Counted from the stretch's first letter, positions 47,608-56,366 are shown. The stretch: 64,000 nt of DNA from an uncultured bacterium (GCA_903906425.1 CAIVKH010000238.1:4444-68443), one strand, 5' to 3'. The notes: a model not told the origin generated them from the sequence alone. Translations and numbers: made by a program.

Positions 47608-48791
47608 AGATTCTCTTCACGGGACACAATGCGGATTTGTACGGCGCGAGCCGCTCTCTGTTGCGGCTCGCCTCCCGGCTCGTACGCGATGGAAATGAAA
47701 TTGTCGTCGCACTTCCCGACGATGGGCCGCTCATCAGCGCATTGAAAACTACGGGCGTTGACGTGCGGATTCTCCCCGACATGGCGATTGCGGAGCGCAA
47801 ATCATTTGCGAGCTGGGCCGGCCGACTTTCGCTTCCGGCGGCAACGCTGGCCTCGAAAAAATCCTTTGTGAAATTGATTCGCGAGGTGAAGCCGGACATC
47901 GTTCACACAAATTCGTCGGTGATCCTCTCGTCAGGCTGGGCGGCGAGTTCGGAGAAAGTCCCGCACATCCAGCACGTCCGCGAATTCTATTCCGACTTCG
48001 GAAAGCTCTGGCCGTTGTATCGCTGGTGGCTTCACCGCTACGCATCGTATGTCGTGTGCGTTTCGGAGGCCGTCGCGGCGCAGTTTGAGAATCGCAACAG
48101 CGTCATCGTTTTTCACAACGGATTTCCACGCGATGAATTTCCACCGGTGAAGATCGAATGCGGCCTGAGGTTCCGCGCGCGATTCGGAATTCCGGTCGAT
48201 GCACCGCTGGCCGGAGTTGTCGGCAGAATCAAATTGAAACGTAAAGGCCAGGAGACGTTCATCGCGGCGGCGGCGCTGATTCACGACAGATTTCCTGATG
48301 CGCGTTTCGCGATCATCGGGAGTCCGTTTGCAGGAAACGAGGATCACGAAAAAGAATTGAGGCGGTTCGCAGGCGAGCACGGAATTTCTGACCGCGTAAT
48401 TTTCTGCGGCGAATGCGATGACATGGGCGCGGCATATTCCGCGCTCGATATTGTGGTGCTCGCGTCGGGGACGCCGGAGCCGTTCGGTGGAGTCGTGATC
48501 GAAGCGATGGCGAATGGTCGGGCGGTGATCGGGACGGATATCGGCGGCACGCGCGAGCAGATCGCAAATGGCACGACGGGTTTGCTAATTCCGCCGGACG
48601 ATCCGTTCGCGATGTCGAAGGCGATGGCGCGTCTTTTCTCCGATCCGAAATATCGCGAGGAAATGGGCGATGCGGGACAGCAACGATTTTTGCAGCAGTT
48701 CGAATTCGAGCCATTCTACGAAAAGATGACCGGCCTTTATCGCGAGACGCTGGACTGGTATTCGCGGCCGAAGAAACGCGATCTGAAATGA
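47604..48791 (+). CDS. Glycosyltransferase GT4 family
   Basis: MKILFTGHNADLYGASRSLLRL..., VLASGTPEPFGGVVIEAMANGRAVIGTDIGGTREQI. ATGA overlap. Confidence 0.85.
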   Translation: MKILFTGHNADLYGASRSLLRLASRLVRDGNEIVVALPDDGPLISALKTTGVDVRILPDMAIAERKSFASWAGRLSLPAATLASKKSFVKLIREVKPDIVHTNSSVILSSGWAASSEKVPHIQHVREFYSDFGKLWPLYRWWLHRYASYVVCVSEAVAAQFENRNSVIVFHNGFPRDEFPPVKIECGLRFRARFGIPVDAPLAGVVGRIKLKRKGQETFIAAAALIHDRFPDARFAIIGSPFAGNEDHEKELRRFAGEHGISDRVIFCGECDDMGAAYSALDIVVLASGTPEPFGGVVIEAMANGRAVIGTDIGGTREQIANGTTGLLIPPDDPFAMSKAMARLFSDPKYREEMGDAGQQRFLQQFEFEPFYEKMTGLYRETLDWYSRPKKRDLK

Positions 48792-49945
48792 AAATTGCAC
48801 TCCTTGGTTCGCGCGGAATTCCGGCGCGGTACAGCGGGTTCGAGACGTTCTACGAACAGCTCGGCACGCGGCTGGCCGCGCGCGGGCACGCGGTCACCGT
48901 TTACAATCGTTCGCATTTCATCAAGGACGTCCGCGGTGAATTTCGTGGCGTGCGGCTCGTCTCGCTGCCGTCGATCCCGACAAAGCACCTCGACACGCTG
49001 ACGCACACGGCGTTCTCGGCGCTGCACGCGCTGACGCAGGGCTTCGACATCGTCTATTTCGTGATCGTCGGCAACAGCCCGCTGGTCTGGATTCCGCGAA
49101 TGGCCGGCGCGCGCGTGCTGCTGAACGTGGACGGCGAGGACTGGGCGCGCGAAAAATGGGGCGCGTTCGCGCGGTGGTATCAACTGCAGTGCGAGAAAAT
49201 CGCGACGAGGACGGCGCAGGTGATCATTTCCGACGCGCACGGAATCGAGGAGCGCTACCGCGAAAAATATCACGCGGCGTCGGTGTTCGTGCCGTACGGC
49301 GCGAACGTGGCGCGCGACGAGCGGACCGACGCGCTGGCAAAGTGGGGCCTCGCGCCACGCGATTACATTTTTTACGTCGGACGTTTCGTGCCGGAGAACG
49401 CGATTGATGTTTTGATCGAGGCGTTCCGCGGACTCGATACGAAGACGAAGCTTGTCCTCGTCGGCGATGCTCCGTTTGCCGACGACTACAAGGCGAAGTT
49501 GCGCGCGATGGGCGCGGGTGATCCGCGAATCGTCTTCACCGGCTACGCTTTTGGCGATGATTACAAGCAGCTCAGCAGCCACGCGCTGCTCTACGTCCAG
49601 CCGTCGGGCATTGATGGAACGCGGCCCGCGCTGCTGGATCAGATGGGCTTCGGCAATTGTGTCGTGGTACGAAATTCAAAAGTGAACCTCGAAGTGATCG
49701 CCGGTGCCGGCGCCAGCTTCGACCGGAACGATCCCGTGAACTCGTTGCGACGAACGTTGTCGGACCTGCTGGCGAATCCGTCGCGAATCGAAGAGTTGCG
49801 TCTACTGGCGCGGAATCGAATCGAATTCTATTACAACTGGGAGTGGATCACGGAATTTTACGAGGATCTGTTCCGGCGGTTGATCGAGAAACGCGCGGCG
49901 ATTTCGTACGACGAGTTCTTGCAGGCAAGAACAAAGGGCAAATGA
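48788..49945 (+). CDS. Glycosyltransferase (DUF1972 N-terminal domain plus GT1 C-terminal domain)
   Basis: MKIALLGSRGIPARYSGFETFYEQLGTRLAARGHAVTVYNR..., FYVGRFVPENAIDVLI... ATGA overlap. Confidence 0.7.
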   Translation: MKIALLGSRGIPARYSGFETFYEQLGTRLAARGHAVTVYNRSHFIKDVRGEFRGVRLVSLPSIPTKHLDTLTHTAFSALHALTQGFDIVYFVIVGNSPLVWIPRMAGARVLLNVDGEDWAREKWGAFARWYQLQCEKIATRTAQVIISDAHGIEERYREKYHAASVFVPYGANVARDERTDALAKWGLAPRDYIFYVGRFVPENAIDVLIEAFRGLDTKTKLVLVGDAPFADDYKAKLRAMGAGDPRIVFTGYAFGDDYKQLSSHALLYVQPSGIDGTRPALLDQMGFGNCVVVRNSKVNLEVIAGAGASFDRNDPVNSLRRTLSDLLANPSRIEELRLLARNRIEFYYNWEWITEFYEDLFRRLIEKRAAISYDEFLQARTKGK

Positions 49946-50841
49946 CCATGGGCACGGCACAGCGACTTCTGCCCGCCTGCGTGATCGCCACGCTGGTGTT
50001 TGTGTTGTTCCACTTCTTCGGCGTCACGGATCTCGGCTACGATCCGGCAACGGTGACGCGCTCGTTGTTTGTGTGGATCGCGCGGCGGTGGGTGGTTTAT
50101 TCGGCCAGCCAGGATGATTTTCCTTACGGATGGGCCGCGCCGTTGGTTTGTTTGTGGATGGTTTGGCGGCTGCGTCGCGAGTTTGCCTCCGTGGCAAAGC
50201 GGCCAAATGTCACCGGCTTTGCAGTAATCGTATTTGCGTTGTTGCTGCACTGGCTGGGCGCAAAGACGCAGCAGACACGTATCTCGATTGCCGCATTCAT
50301 GCTGCTGGTTTGGGGAATCCCGTTTTATTTTTTCGGGTGGCCGGTTGCGCGCCGGTTGATCGCGCCAGTGGGATTCCTGGTTTTCACGGCACAATTCGAT
50401 TTCCTGTTCGGTGCCGCCTCGATGTTGCGGTGCACTGTCGCGGAACTGGGCATGATTCTTCTCAACGGGCTGGGCGTCCACGCCAGGTTACCCGACGCGA
50501 CAACGCTTCAGGCCGGCGACACGGTCATCTCGATTGCCAAACAACCCGGCGGGTTGCGGTCAGTGATGTTGGTGATGGCTTCGACGTATCTACTGGCCTG
50601 GATGAGGCAGCGAGGCTTGCTCCGCCAAATCCTGCTGATCGCGTCCGCGCCTCTGGTCGTGCTGATGGCCAGCGTCGTGCGGACAATTCTGCATGCGATC
50701 GCCGGGGACTACGCGGGAAGTTTTCCCGTTTTTTATCTTTTCGCGGTGTTGCTTCTCCTGGCCGCGCACAAATTGATTGGACGCGACTGGCAGAAGAAGA
50801 TCGGGCGAATCAGGCGGCATTTACCGGAAGCGCTGGAATGA
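49942..50841 (+). CDS. Exosortase/EpsH-like polytopic membrane protein lacking the canonical catalytic Cys
   Basis: ATG 49942 overlaps the upstream TGA. PYGWAAPLVCLWMVWRLRREF resembles the exosortase N-terminal motif. ISIAKQPGGLRSVMLV sits where exosortases have xAEACSGLRSL. Confidence 0.55.
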   Translation: MTMGTAQRLLPACVIATLVFVLFHFFGVTDLGYDPATVTRSLFVWIARRWVVYSASQDDFPYGWAAPLVCLWMVWRLRREFASVAKRPNVTGFAVIVFALLLHWLGAKTQQTRISIAAFMLLVWGIPFYFFGWPVARRLIAPVGFLVFTAQFDFLFGAASMLRCTVAELGMILLNGLGVHARLPDATTLQAGDTVISIAKQPGGLRSVMLVMASTYLLAWMRQRGLLRQILLIASAPLVVLMASVVRTILHAIAGDYAGSFPVFYLFAVLLLLAAHKLIGRDWQKKIGRIRRHLPEALE

Positions 50842-50845
50842 TGAC

Positions 50846-51577
50846 ATGAGCATTTTCCGTCCATATTTTATGACGGTTGTCGCGCTGGCGGCGGGAATCA
50901 TCGCGGCGTGGCGCGCGCGCGATGTCACGTACGATCCCGAGCCCGCCATCAGGCTTGAGCTTCCCGATCGTGCCGGGCCTTGGCGCGGCGAAAAGGAACT
51001 TTGCTGCCAGAATCCGAAATGCGAAAAGCTATTCCTGCTCTCAGAATTAAACGGCGCGAAAAAATGTCCGTCGTGCGGTGGTGCGTTGGGCGACATGATG
51101 CCTGCGGAAAAAGAATTGTTACCGCCCGACACGTATTTCCGCCGTTCAATTTATTCGACAGGAGACAACCGGCATCTCGCCGCCGCGATCGTGCTGAGCG
51201 GCAAGGACCGCGCGAGCATTCACCGCCCGGAAGTCTGTTTCACCAGCGCCGGCAACGACATTGTCTCCAGCGAAGATGTGCGGGTCAATTTCGACGGCCG
51301 TAGGCCGCTGTCTGTGCATGTGATCATTTTGCGCGCGGGCGCCGGCGACTCCGCTTCATATTCCTTTTTTTCATATTGGTTCGTTGCCAGGGGCCACGAG
51401 ACACCGTCGCATGTTGCGCGCATGTTCTGGATGGCCGCCGACCGGATTTTTCACAACGTTTCCCGCCGCTGGGCCTATGTCTCCGTCTCCGGAGCCATGA
51501 CGCCCGGCTCCGACTCCCACCTCGGCGATCTCCGCGCCTTCCTGCGCGACTTCGTCCCGCAGCTCGCCCCGCGCTGA
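50846..51577 (+). CDS. EpsI-family (exosortase-associated) protein with a Cys-rich insert
   Basis: N-terminal TM segment, ...IHRPEVCFTSAGNDIV... and ...FSYWFVARGHET... resemble EpsI. The extra segment CCQNPKCEKLFLLSELNGAKKCPSCGG is at about nt 51002-51076. Confidence 0.6.
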   Translation: MSIFRPYFMTVVALAAGIIAAWRARDVTYDPEPAIRLELPDRAGPWRGEKELCCQNPKCEKLFLLSELNGAKKCPSCGGALGDMMPAEKELLPPDTYFRRSIYSTGDNRHLAAAIVLSGKDRASIHRPEVCFTSAGNDIVSSEDVRVNFDGRRPLSVHVIILRAGAGDSASYSFFSYWFVARGHETPSHVARMFWMAADRIFHNVSRRWAYVSVSGAMTPGSDSHLGDLRAFLRDFVPQLAPR

Positions 51578-51599
51578 CCCGCGCGCCGCCCGCGGCCTT

Positions 51600-51646
51600 T
51601 TCCAATCATTGGAAAAAACGCCCGCGCAAAATTCCAATCATTGGAA
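51600..51646. repeat. P15 pair, 32-bp phase
   Basis: Perfect TTCCAATCATTGGAA at 51600-51614 and 51632-51646. Spacer aaaacgcccgcgcaaaa. Confidence 0.95.
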
Positions 51647-51675
51647 ATTTCCCGAACCGTGCTATCGTGCCGCCC

Positions 51676-52056
51676 ATGTTGTGCCCTTCGTGCAGCCAGC
51701 CGTTGATCGTGCTCGAACTCGACAATGTCGAGATTGATCACTGCCTCGGCTGCGGCGGCGTCTGGCTCGATGCGGGCGAGCTGGGGCTGATCCTGCACGG
51801 GCGGCCCGATGCCGCGGAGGCCGAATGGCTGAGTTCGAGCAGGCCTGGCGTGCGGCGATGCCCGATGTGCCGCGCGAAAATGAATCTCGCGACGCTGCCG
51901 AAATCCGGCGTCGAAATTGACCTGTGCGTGCGGCGGCACGGGATGTGGCTCGACAAGGGCGAACTGCAGCAGATCATCGGCGCGGAGGCCGGCGACGGGC
52001 GCGTCGGGAAGCTGCGCGAGGTCTGTGCGAAAATTTTTGGAGCGGAGAAGTCTTAA
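51676..52056 (+). CDS. Tandem zf-TFIIB-type zinc-ribbon protein
   Basis: Two copies of CPxC...(V/I)EID.C..(C)GG(V/M)WLD.GEL: CPSCSQ...IDHCLGCGGVWLDAGEL and CPMCRA...IDLCVRRHGMWLDKGEL. ATG at 51676. Confidence 0.7.
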   Translation: MLCPSCSQPLIVLELDNVEIDHCLGCGGVWLDAGELGLILHGRPDAAEAEWLSSSRPGVRRCPMCRAKMNLATLPKSGVEIDLCVRRHGMWLDKGELQQIIGAEAGDGRVGKLREVCAKIFGAEKS

Positions 52057-52074
52057 GTTGAAAGGAAGCAGAAC

Positions 52075-52635
52075 ATGATCCCAACGTTGGTTATTCTCGG
52101 TGTCGTCGTCGTCCTCATCCTGATTTTTATCGGCATGTACAACGGACTTGTCCGCGGACGGAACGAGGTGAAGAACGCGTGGGCGCAGATTGACGTCCAG
52201 CTCAAGCGGCGGCACGACCTGATCCCGAATTTGATCGAGACGACGAAGGGCTACATGGTCCACGAACGCGAAACGTTCGACAGCATCGCGAAGGCGCGTT
52301 CCGCCGCGCAGTCGGCCGTCGGCACCGGCGTCGCCGCGCAGGCCGCCGCGGAAGGACAACTCAGCGGATTCCTGACGCGCTTCATGGCCGTCGCGGAAAA
52401 TTATCCGGAGTTGAAGGCGAACCAGAATTTCCTCGCGCTGCAGGAAGAACTCGCCTCGACCGAAAACAAGATCAGCTTCGCGCGGCAGTACTACAACGAC
52501 GCCGTTTTGAAGTTCAACACCGCTTGCCAGACCATCCCCACGAACATCGTCGCCGGCATGGGCGGATTCGCCGCGGCCGAATTCTTCGAAGTGAAGGACG
52601 AGGCCGAGCGCGCCGCGCCGCAGGTCAAATTCTGA
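52075..52635 (+). CDS. LemA family protein
   Basis: N-terminal TM segment. ...YNGLVRGRNEVKNAWAQIDVQLKRRHDLIPNL..., NQNFLALQEELASTENKISFARQYYND. Confidence 0.88.
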   Translation: MIPTLVILGVVVVLILIFIGMYNGLVRGRNEVKNAWAQIDVQLKRRHDLIPNLIETTKGYMVHERETFDSIAKARSAAQSAVGTGVAAQAAAEGQLSGFLTRFMAVAENYPELKANQNFLALQEELASTENKISFARQYYNDAVLKFNTACQTIPTNIVAGMGGFAAAEFFEVKDEAERAAPQVKF

Positions 52636-52654
52636 TTTTCGATTTTAGATTTCC

Positions 52655-53944
52655 ATGTGGTCCCTCATCCGATCGAACCAGCGCAAATCGGTACTCCTGA
52701 TTTTTCTGCTGCTCGCGCTGTTCCTCGCGTTCGGCTGGGCCATTGGGAATATTTTCGCGCCGGGACCGGCCGCGCATACGCCGCAGCCGATCTACACGAA
52801 TGTTGAAAGCGTCGGCGCGCCTCCCGCGGCCCCGCACAGCTTCATGCCGCCCGCGTCCATGATCGGCATCGTCATCGCGCTGGCCGTCTGGGTGGTTCTC
52901 CTGCTCGTCGCATTTTCCGGCGGCGAGGATATTTTGCTGGCGCAGGCCGGCGCGACCGAGGTTGATAAAAGACAGGCCGCGCGGCTCCTCAACATCGTCG
53001 AGGAAATGCAGATCGCGGCAGGTCTCAAAACCATGCCGCGCGTTTTCATCGTCAATTCGCCGGTGCCAAATGCCTTCGCCGTCGGCCGCACGCCCGAGCG
53101 CGCCGCGATCACCGTCACCACCGGCCTGCTCGCACGGCTCAACCGCGACGAATTGCAGGGCGTCATCGCACACGAGATGTCGCACATCGTCAATCGCGAC
53201 ACGATGTTCATGACGCTGGCCGGCATCACCGTCGGCGCGCTCGTCCTGATCGCCGACTCGATGCGCTACGTCCGCTTCAGTAGCTACGGAGGCAAGAGCG
53301 ATTCGAAGGACAGCGGCCAGTTGGGCGCGATCCTGATGGTCATCTCGATCCTGCTGATCATCCTCGCGCCGATCCTCGCGCAGCTTCTCTATTTCGCCTG
53401 CTCGCGCCGCCGCGAATATCTGGCCGACGCCTGCGGCGCGCAGTTCACGCGCTATCCGGAGGGCCTCGCCTCCGCGCTCGAAAAAATTTCCGGCGCGCAG
53501 GTCGCCGAGGAACAGCACAGCCGCGTGCTCGCGCCGATGTACATCGTCAACCCGCTGGCCGCGTCCGGCGAATCGGGCAGCGTGCTCAGCACGCACCCGC
53601 CGACTTCCGAGCGGATCAAGATTCTGCGCGGCATGGGCCGCAGCGCGTCGTTCGCAGCGTACGAGGAGGCGTACAAGCAGCAGCACGGCGGCTCCGGCGT
53701 CTTCAAGCCTCGCGAAGCCGCCGCCTTCGCGCAAAGTGACGCGGGCATCCCTGCCCGCGAGGCATCGGCAGACTCCTCGGAATTTCACCCCGCATCGGCA
53801 CAGCGCGAGGCGAAGCAGGTCATGCAGGAATCCGTCGGCTTCGACATCATCAATTGCACGTGCGGACTTCGCATGAAATTGCCGCCCGGCTTCGACGCCC
53901 CCGCAGTCCGCTGCCCGCGATGTGGAGCGATCCACGCGCGCTGA
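52655..53944 (+). CDS. M48-family (HtpX-like) zinc metalloprotease with a C-terminal zinc-ribbon extension
   Basis: HEMSHIVNRD (HExxH), TM segments, and C-terminal ...CTCGLRMKLPPGFDAPAVRCPRCGAIH. Confidence 0.8.
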   Translation: MWSLIRSNQRKSVLLIFLLLALFLAFGWAIGNIFAPGPAAHTPQPIYTNVESVGAPPAAPHSFMPPASMIGIVIALAVWVVLLLVAFSGGEDILLAQAGATEVDKRQAARLLNIVEEMQIAAGLKTMPRVFIVNSPVPNAFAVGRTPERAAITVTTGLLARLNRDELQGVIAHEMSHIVNRDTMFMTLAGITVGALVLIADSMRYVRFSSYGGKSDSKDSGQLGAILMVISILLIILAPILAQLLYFACSRRREYLADACGAQFTRYPEGLASALEKISGAQVAEEQHSRVLAPMYIVNPLAASGESGSVLSTHPPTSERIKILRGMGRSASFAAYEEAYKQQHGGSGVFKPREAAAFAQSDAGIPAREASADSSEFHPASAQREAKQVMQESVGFDIINCTCGLRMKLPPGFDAPAVRCPRCGAIHAR

Positions 53945-53965
53945 AGAACAAAGGACAAGGGACAA

Positions 53966-55243
53966 ATGACAAAGGACAAGATTCTGATTCGCGGCGGACG
54001 CGTGGTTGATCCGGCACGAAAAATTAATGCAGTCGCGGATGTGTTCATCGAGGACGGAAAAGTCGCAGCGATGCCGGCGCAGTTGCCGCCAGAAACGAAG
54101 ATCATCGAGGCTGCCGGCTGCATTGTCGCGCCTGGATTTATTGATCTGCACGTTCATCTCCGCGAACCGGGCGGCGAGGAAAATGAGACGATTGAAACCG
54201 GTTCGCAGGCGGCCGCAGCGGGCGGTTTCACGGCGATTGTCGCGATGCCGAATACGAAGCCGCCGCACGACAATCCGGAAACTGTCGCCTTCGTTGCGCG
54301 GCGCGGGAAAGAAATAGGGCTGACGCGCGTGCTGCCGAGCGGCGCGATTACGAAGGAACGGAAGGGAAAAGAGCTGACGGATTATGCGGCGCTTCGCGAG
54401 GCGGGTGCCTGCGCACTCACCGACGATGGCTCGACGGTCCAGGATGACGCGGTGATGGAAGCGGCAATGCGGGCCGCGGCGAAATTGAACCTGACGATCA
54501 TGGACCACGCGCAGGACAGCTCCGTGGAACGAAAAGGCGGCGTGATGCACGAGGGCGAATTCTCGCGCGAATTCGGCCTGCCGGGCATTCCGTCGTTCGC
54601 GGAGGAGCTGACGATCCGGCGCGATATCGAACTGGCGGAGAAGACCGGCTGCGCGCTGCACATCCAGCACGTGACCAGCCGCGAGGGCGCGCTGGCGATT
54701 GCGGAGGGCCGCGGCCGCGGCGTGCGCGTGACCGGCGAACTGACGCCGCACCACATCGCGCTTTGCGACGCGGACATCCATCCGGACGACGCGAACTACA
54801 AAATGAATCCGCCGCTGCGCTCCGCCGCCGACCGCAAGGTTCTCATCGCGCTGGCGGTGAACGGAACGCTGTCGTGTTTCGCAACTGATCACGCGCCGCA
54901 CAGCGCGGACAAAAAGGCGCTCGGGTTTCTGAAGGCGCCGTTCGGGATCGTCGGCCTCGAAACGGCCATCGGCGTGACCTACACGCGGCTCGTGAAGCCG
55001 GGGCTGATGGACGAAATGAACTGGATCCGGCGATGGACCGTCGAGCCGGCGAGAATTATCGGCCTGCCGGTGCCGTCGCTCGCGCCGGGCTCGGTCGCGG
55101 ACATCGTGGTGATTGACGTGGCGAATCCGTGGCGCGTCGTCGCGGCGGAATTGAAAAGCAAATCGAAGAACACGCCGTTCGACGGCTGGAATCTGACCGG
55201 CCGCGCGAAATATACGATCTGTTCGGGCAGAATAGTTTCATGA
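53966..55243 (+). CDS. pyrC: Dihydroorotase
   Basis: GFIDLHVHLREPG..., ...FATDHAPH... and overall amidohydrolase layout. Confidence 0.9.
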   Translation: MTKDKILIRGGRVVDPARKINAVADVFIEDGKVAAMPAQLPPETKIIEAAGCIVAPGFIDLHVHLREPGGEENETIETGSQAAAAGGFTAIVAMPNTKPPHDNPETVAFVARRGKEIGLTRVLPSGAITKERKGKELTDYAALREAGACALTDDGSTVQDDAVMEAAMRAAAKLNLTIMDHAQDSSVERKGGVMHEGEFSREFGLPGIPSFAEELTIRRDIELAEKTGCALHIQHVTSREGALAIAEGRGRGVRVTGELTPHHIALCDADIHPDDANYKMNPPLRSAADRKVLIALAVNGTLSCFATDHAPHSADKKALGFLKAPFGIVGLETAIGVTYTRLVKPGLMDEMNWIRRWTVEPARIIGLPVPSLAPGSVADIVVIDVANPWRVVAAELKSKSKNTPFDGWNLTGRAKYTICSGRIVS

Positions 55244-56229
55244 ATTCCGATGATGCTTCACATTTCGTCATTATTTCGCCGGAATTTGCGGGTGACATAG
55301 CTTGGATTAATGATGTCTATTTTAGCCCTGACGAAAAACATGTTGCGATAGCGACGACGGAATCAATTCAACTGTTCCATATTGAGGAACTCATGTCGGG
55401 AGCGTTGGCTCAACGAACGCATGCTAATCCGTATTTCGAAATCAAGCCCACGAACGATCTCGATTTCAACTACGTAGCCGATGTCACATTTTCTTGTGAC
55501 AGTAATTTTGTCGCCGTCGCATGCGGGGGAATTGAGTGCGACGATTCACATGTTGCTCTATATCACATTGGCGAGAGACGGCTCATGTGGAGTTCATACA
55601 CGCATGATGAATTCATGCGCAATTCTGTGTTTATGAACCAAGAATTGGTGTTTATCGACACGGATGGAAGTCGGTTGCTATCTCTTGATTTGAATACCTT
55701 TCAGGTCAGTTCCTTCGCCGGTCATCCAATACGAGCGCGTAAACTGGCGAATGGGTTTTTCACCAATGAACAAGGCCTCTTCTCGTTCGACGTCATGAAA
55801 CGCCAAGACATTGTCGTGTTATGGACTGATTTTGACGGGGCTGGTGAAAGGCGTATTTTCGGAGAAAACAATCTTCTTAATGATGGACTTGTTGTTCGCT
55901 TTGGACCGCGCGGTGATTGTCGCCAGACTCCAGCGGATCTCTATTCCTTGGAGACTTTTCATCGTTGCAACTATCGCGAGCGGGCCATTGTTTCCCTTTC
56001 TGCAAAAGCAGAAATCGTATTACCCAATTATCATAGTTCAAATATTGATCCGATTATTCCAGACGGTGACACGCTGACGGCATATCGACCAAATGGATCA
56101 GTCGAAGAAGTGGTTCATCTCTCAGGTCTATTTAAGTCGTTTGGACATTTCTCGTACAGCGCCTCGGAAAGGTTCATTGCTTTCATCAGAGGCTCTGATC
56201 ACATGATTTTGCTCCGCCGTGGCACGTGA
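55240..56229 (+). CDS. Hypothetical protein, compositionally atypical (possibly beta-propeller-like)
   Basis: ATG 55240 overlaps the pyrC TGA (ATGA). Hand count is about 43% G+C over the first 120 nt, against about 63% over the last 120 nt before it. Repeated strand-like motifs (VAIATTESIQLFH, VAVACGG...VALYHI). I recognise no family. Confidence 0.5.
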   Translation: MNSDDASHFVIISPEFAGDIAWINDVYFSPDEKHVAIATTESIQLFHIEELMSGALAQRTHANPYFEIKPTNDLDFNYVADVTFSCDSNFVAVACGGIECDDSHVALYHIGERRLMWSSYTHDEFMRNSVFMNQELVFIDTDGSRLLSLDLNTFQVSSFAGHPIRARKLANGFFTNEQGLFSFDVMKRQDIVVLWTDFDGAGERRIFGENNLLNDGLVVRFGPRGDCRQTPADLYSLETFHRCNYRERAIVSLSAKAEIVLPNYHSSNIDPIIPDGDTLTAYRPNGSVEEVVHLSGLFKSFGHFSYSASERFIAFIRGSDHMILLRRGT

Positions 56230-56366
56230 TTTTGGTTTGCATCATTACAGATCAGTTGGTGCAGGTGACGACGACGAATAGTTTCCTCTGGCCGCTGATG
56301 ACGGGGCAGGATGTTTCGAAATAGCCAATGGCCGATGGCACGGCGATGCGGCGCGATGCCGCGGGT

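Noticed and set aside
52625-54901. 758-aa minus-strand ORF
   Set aside because: Antisense to the M48 protease and pyrC, both with diagnostic motifs on the plus strand.
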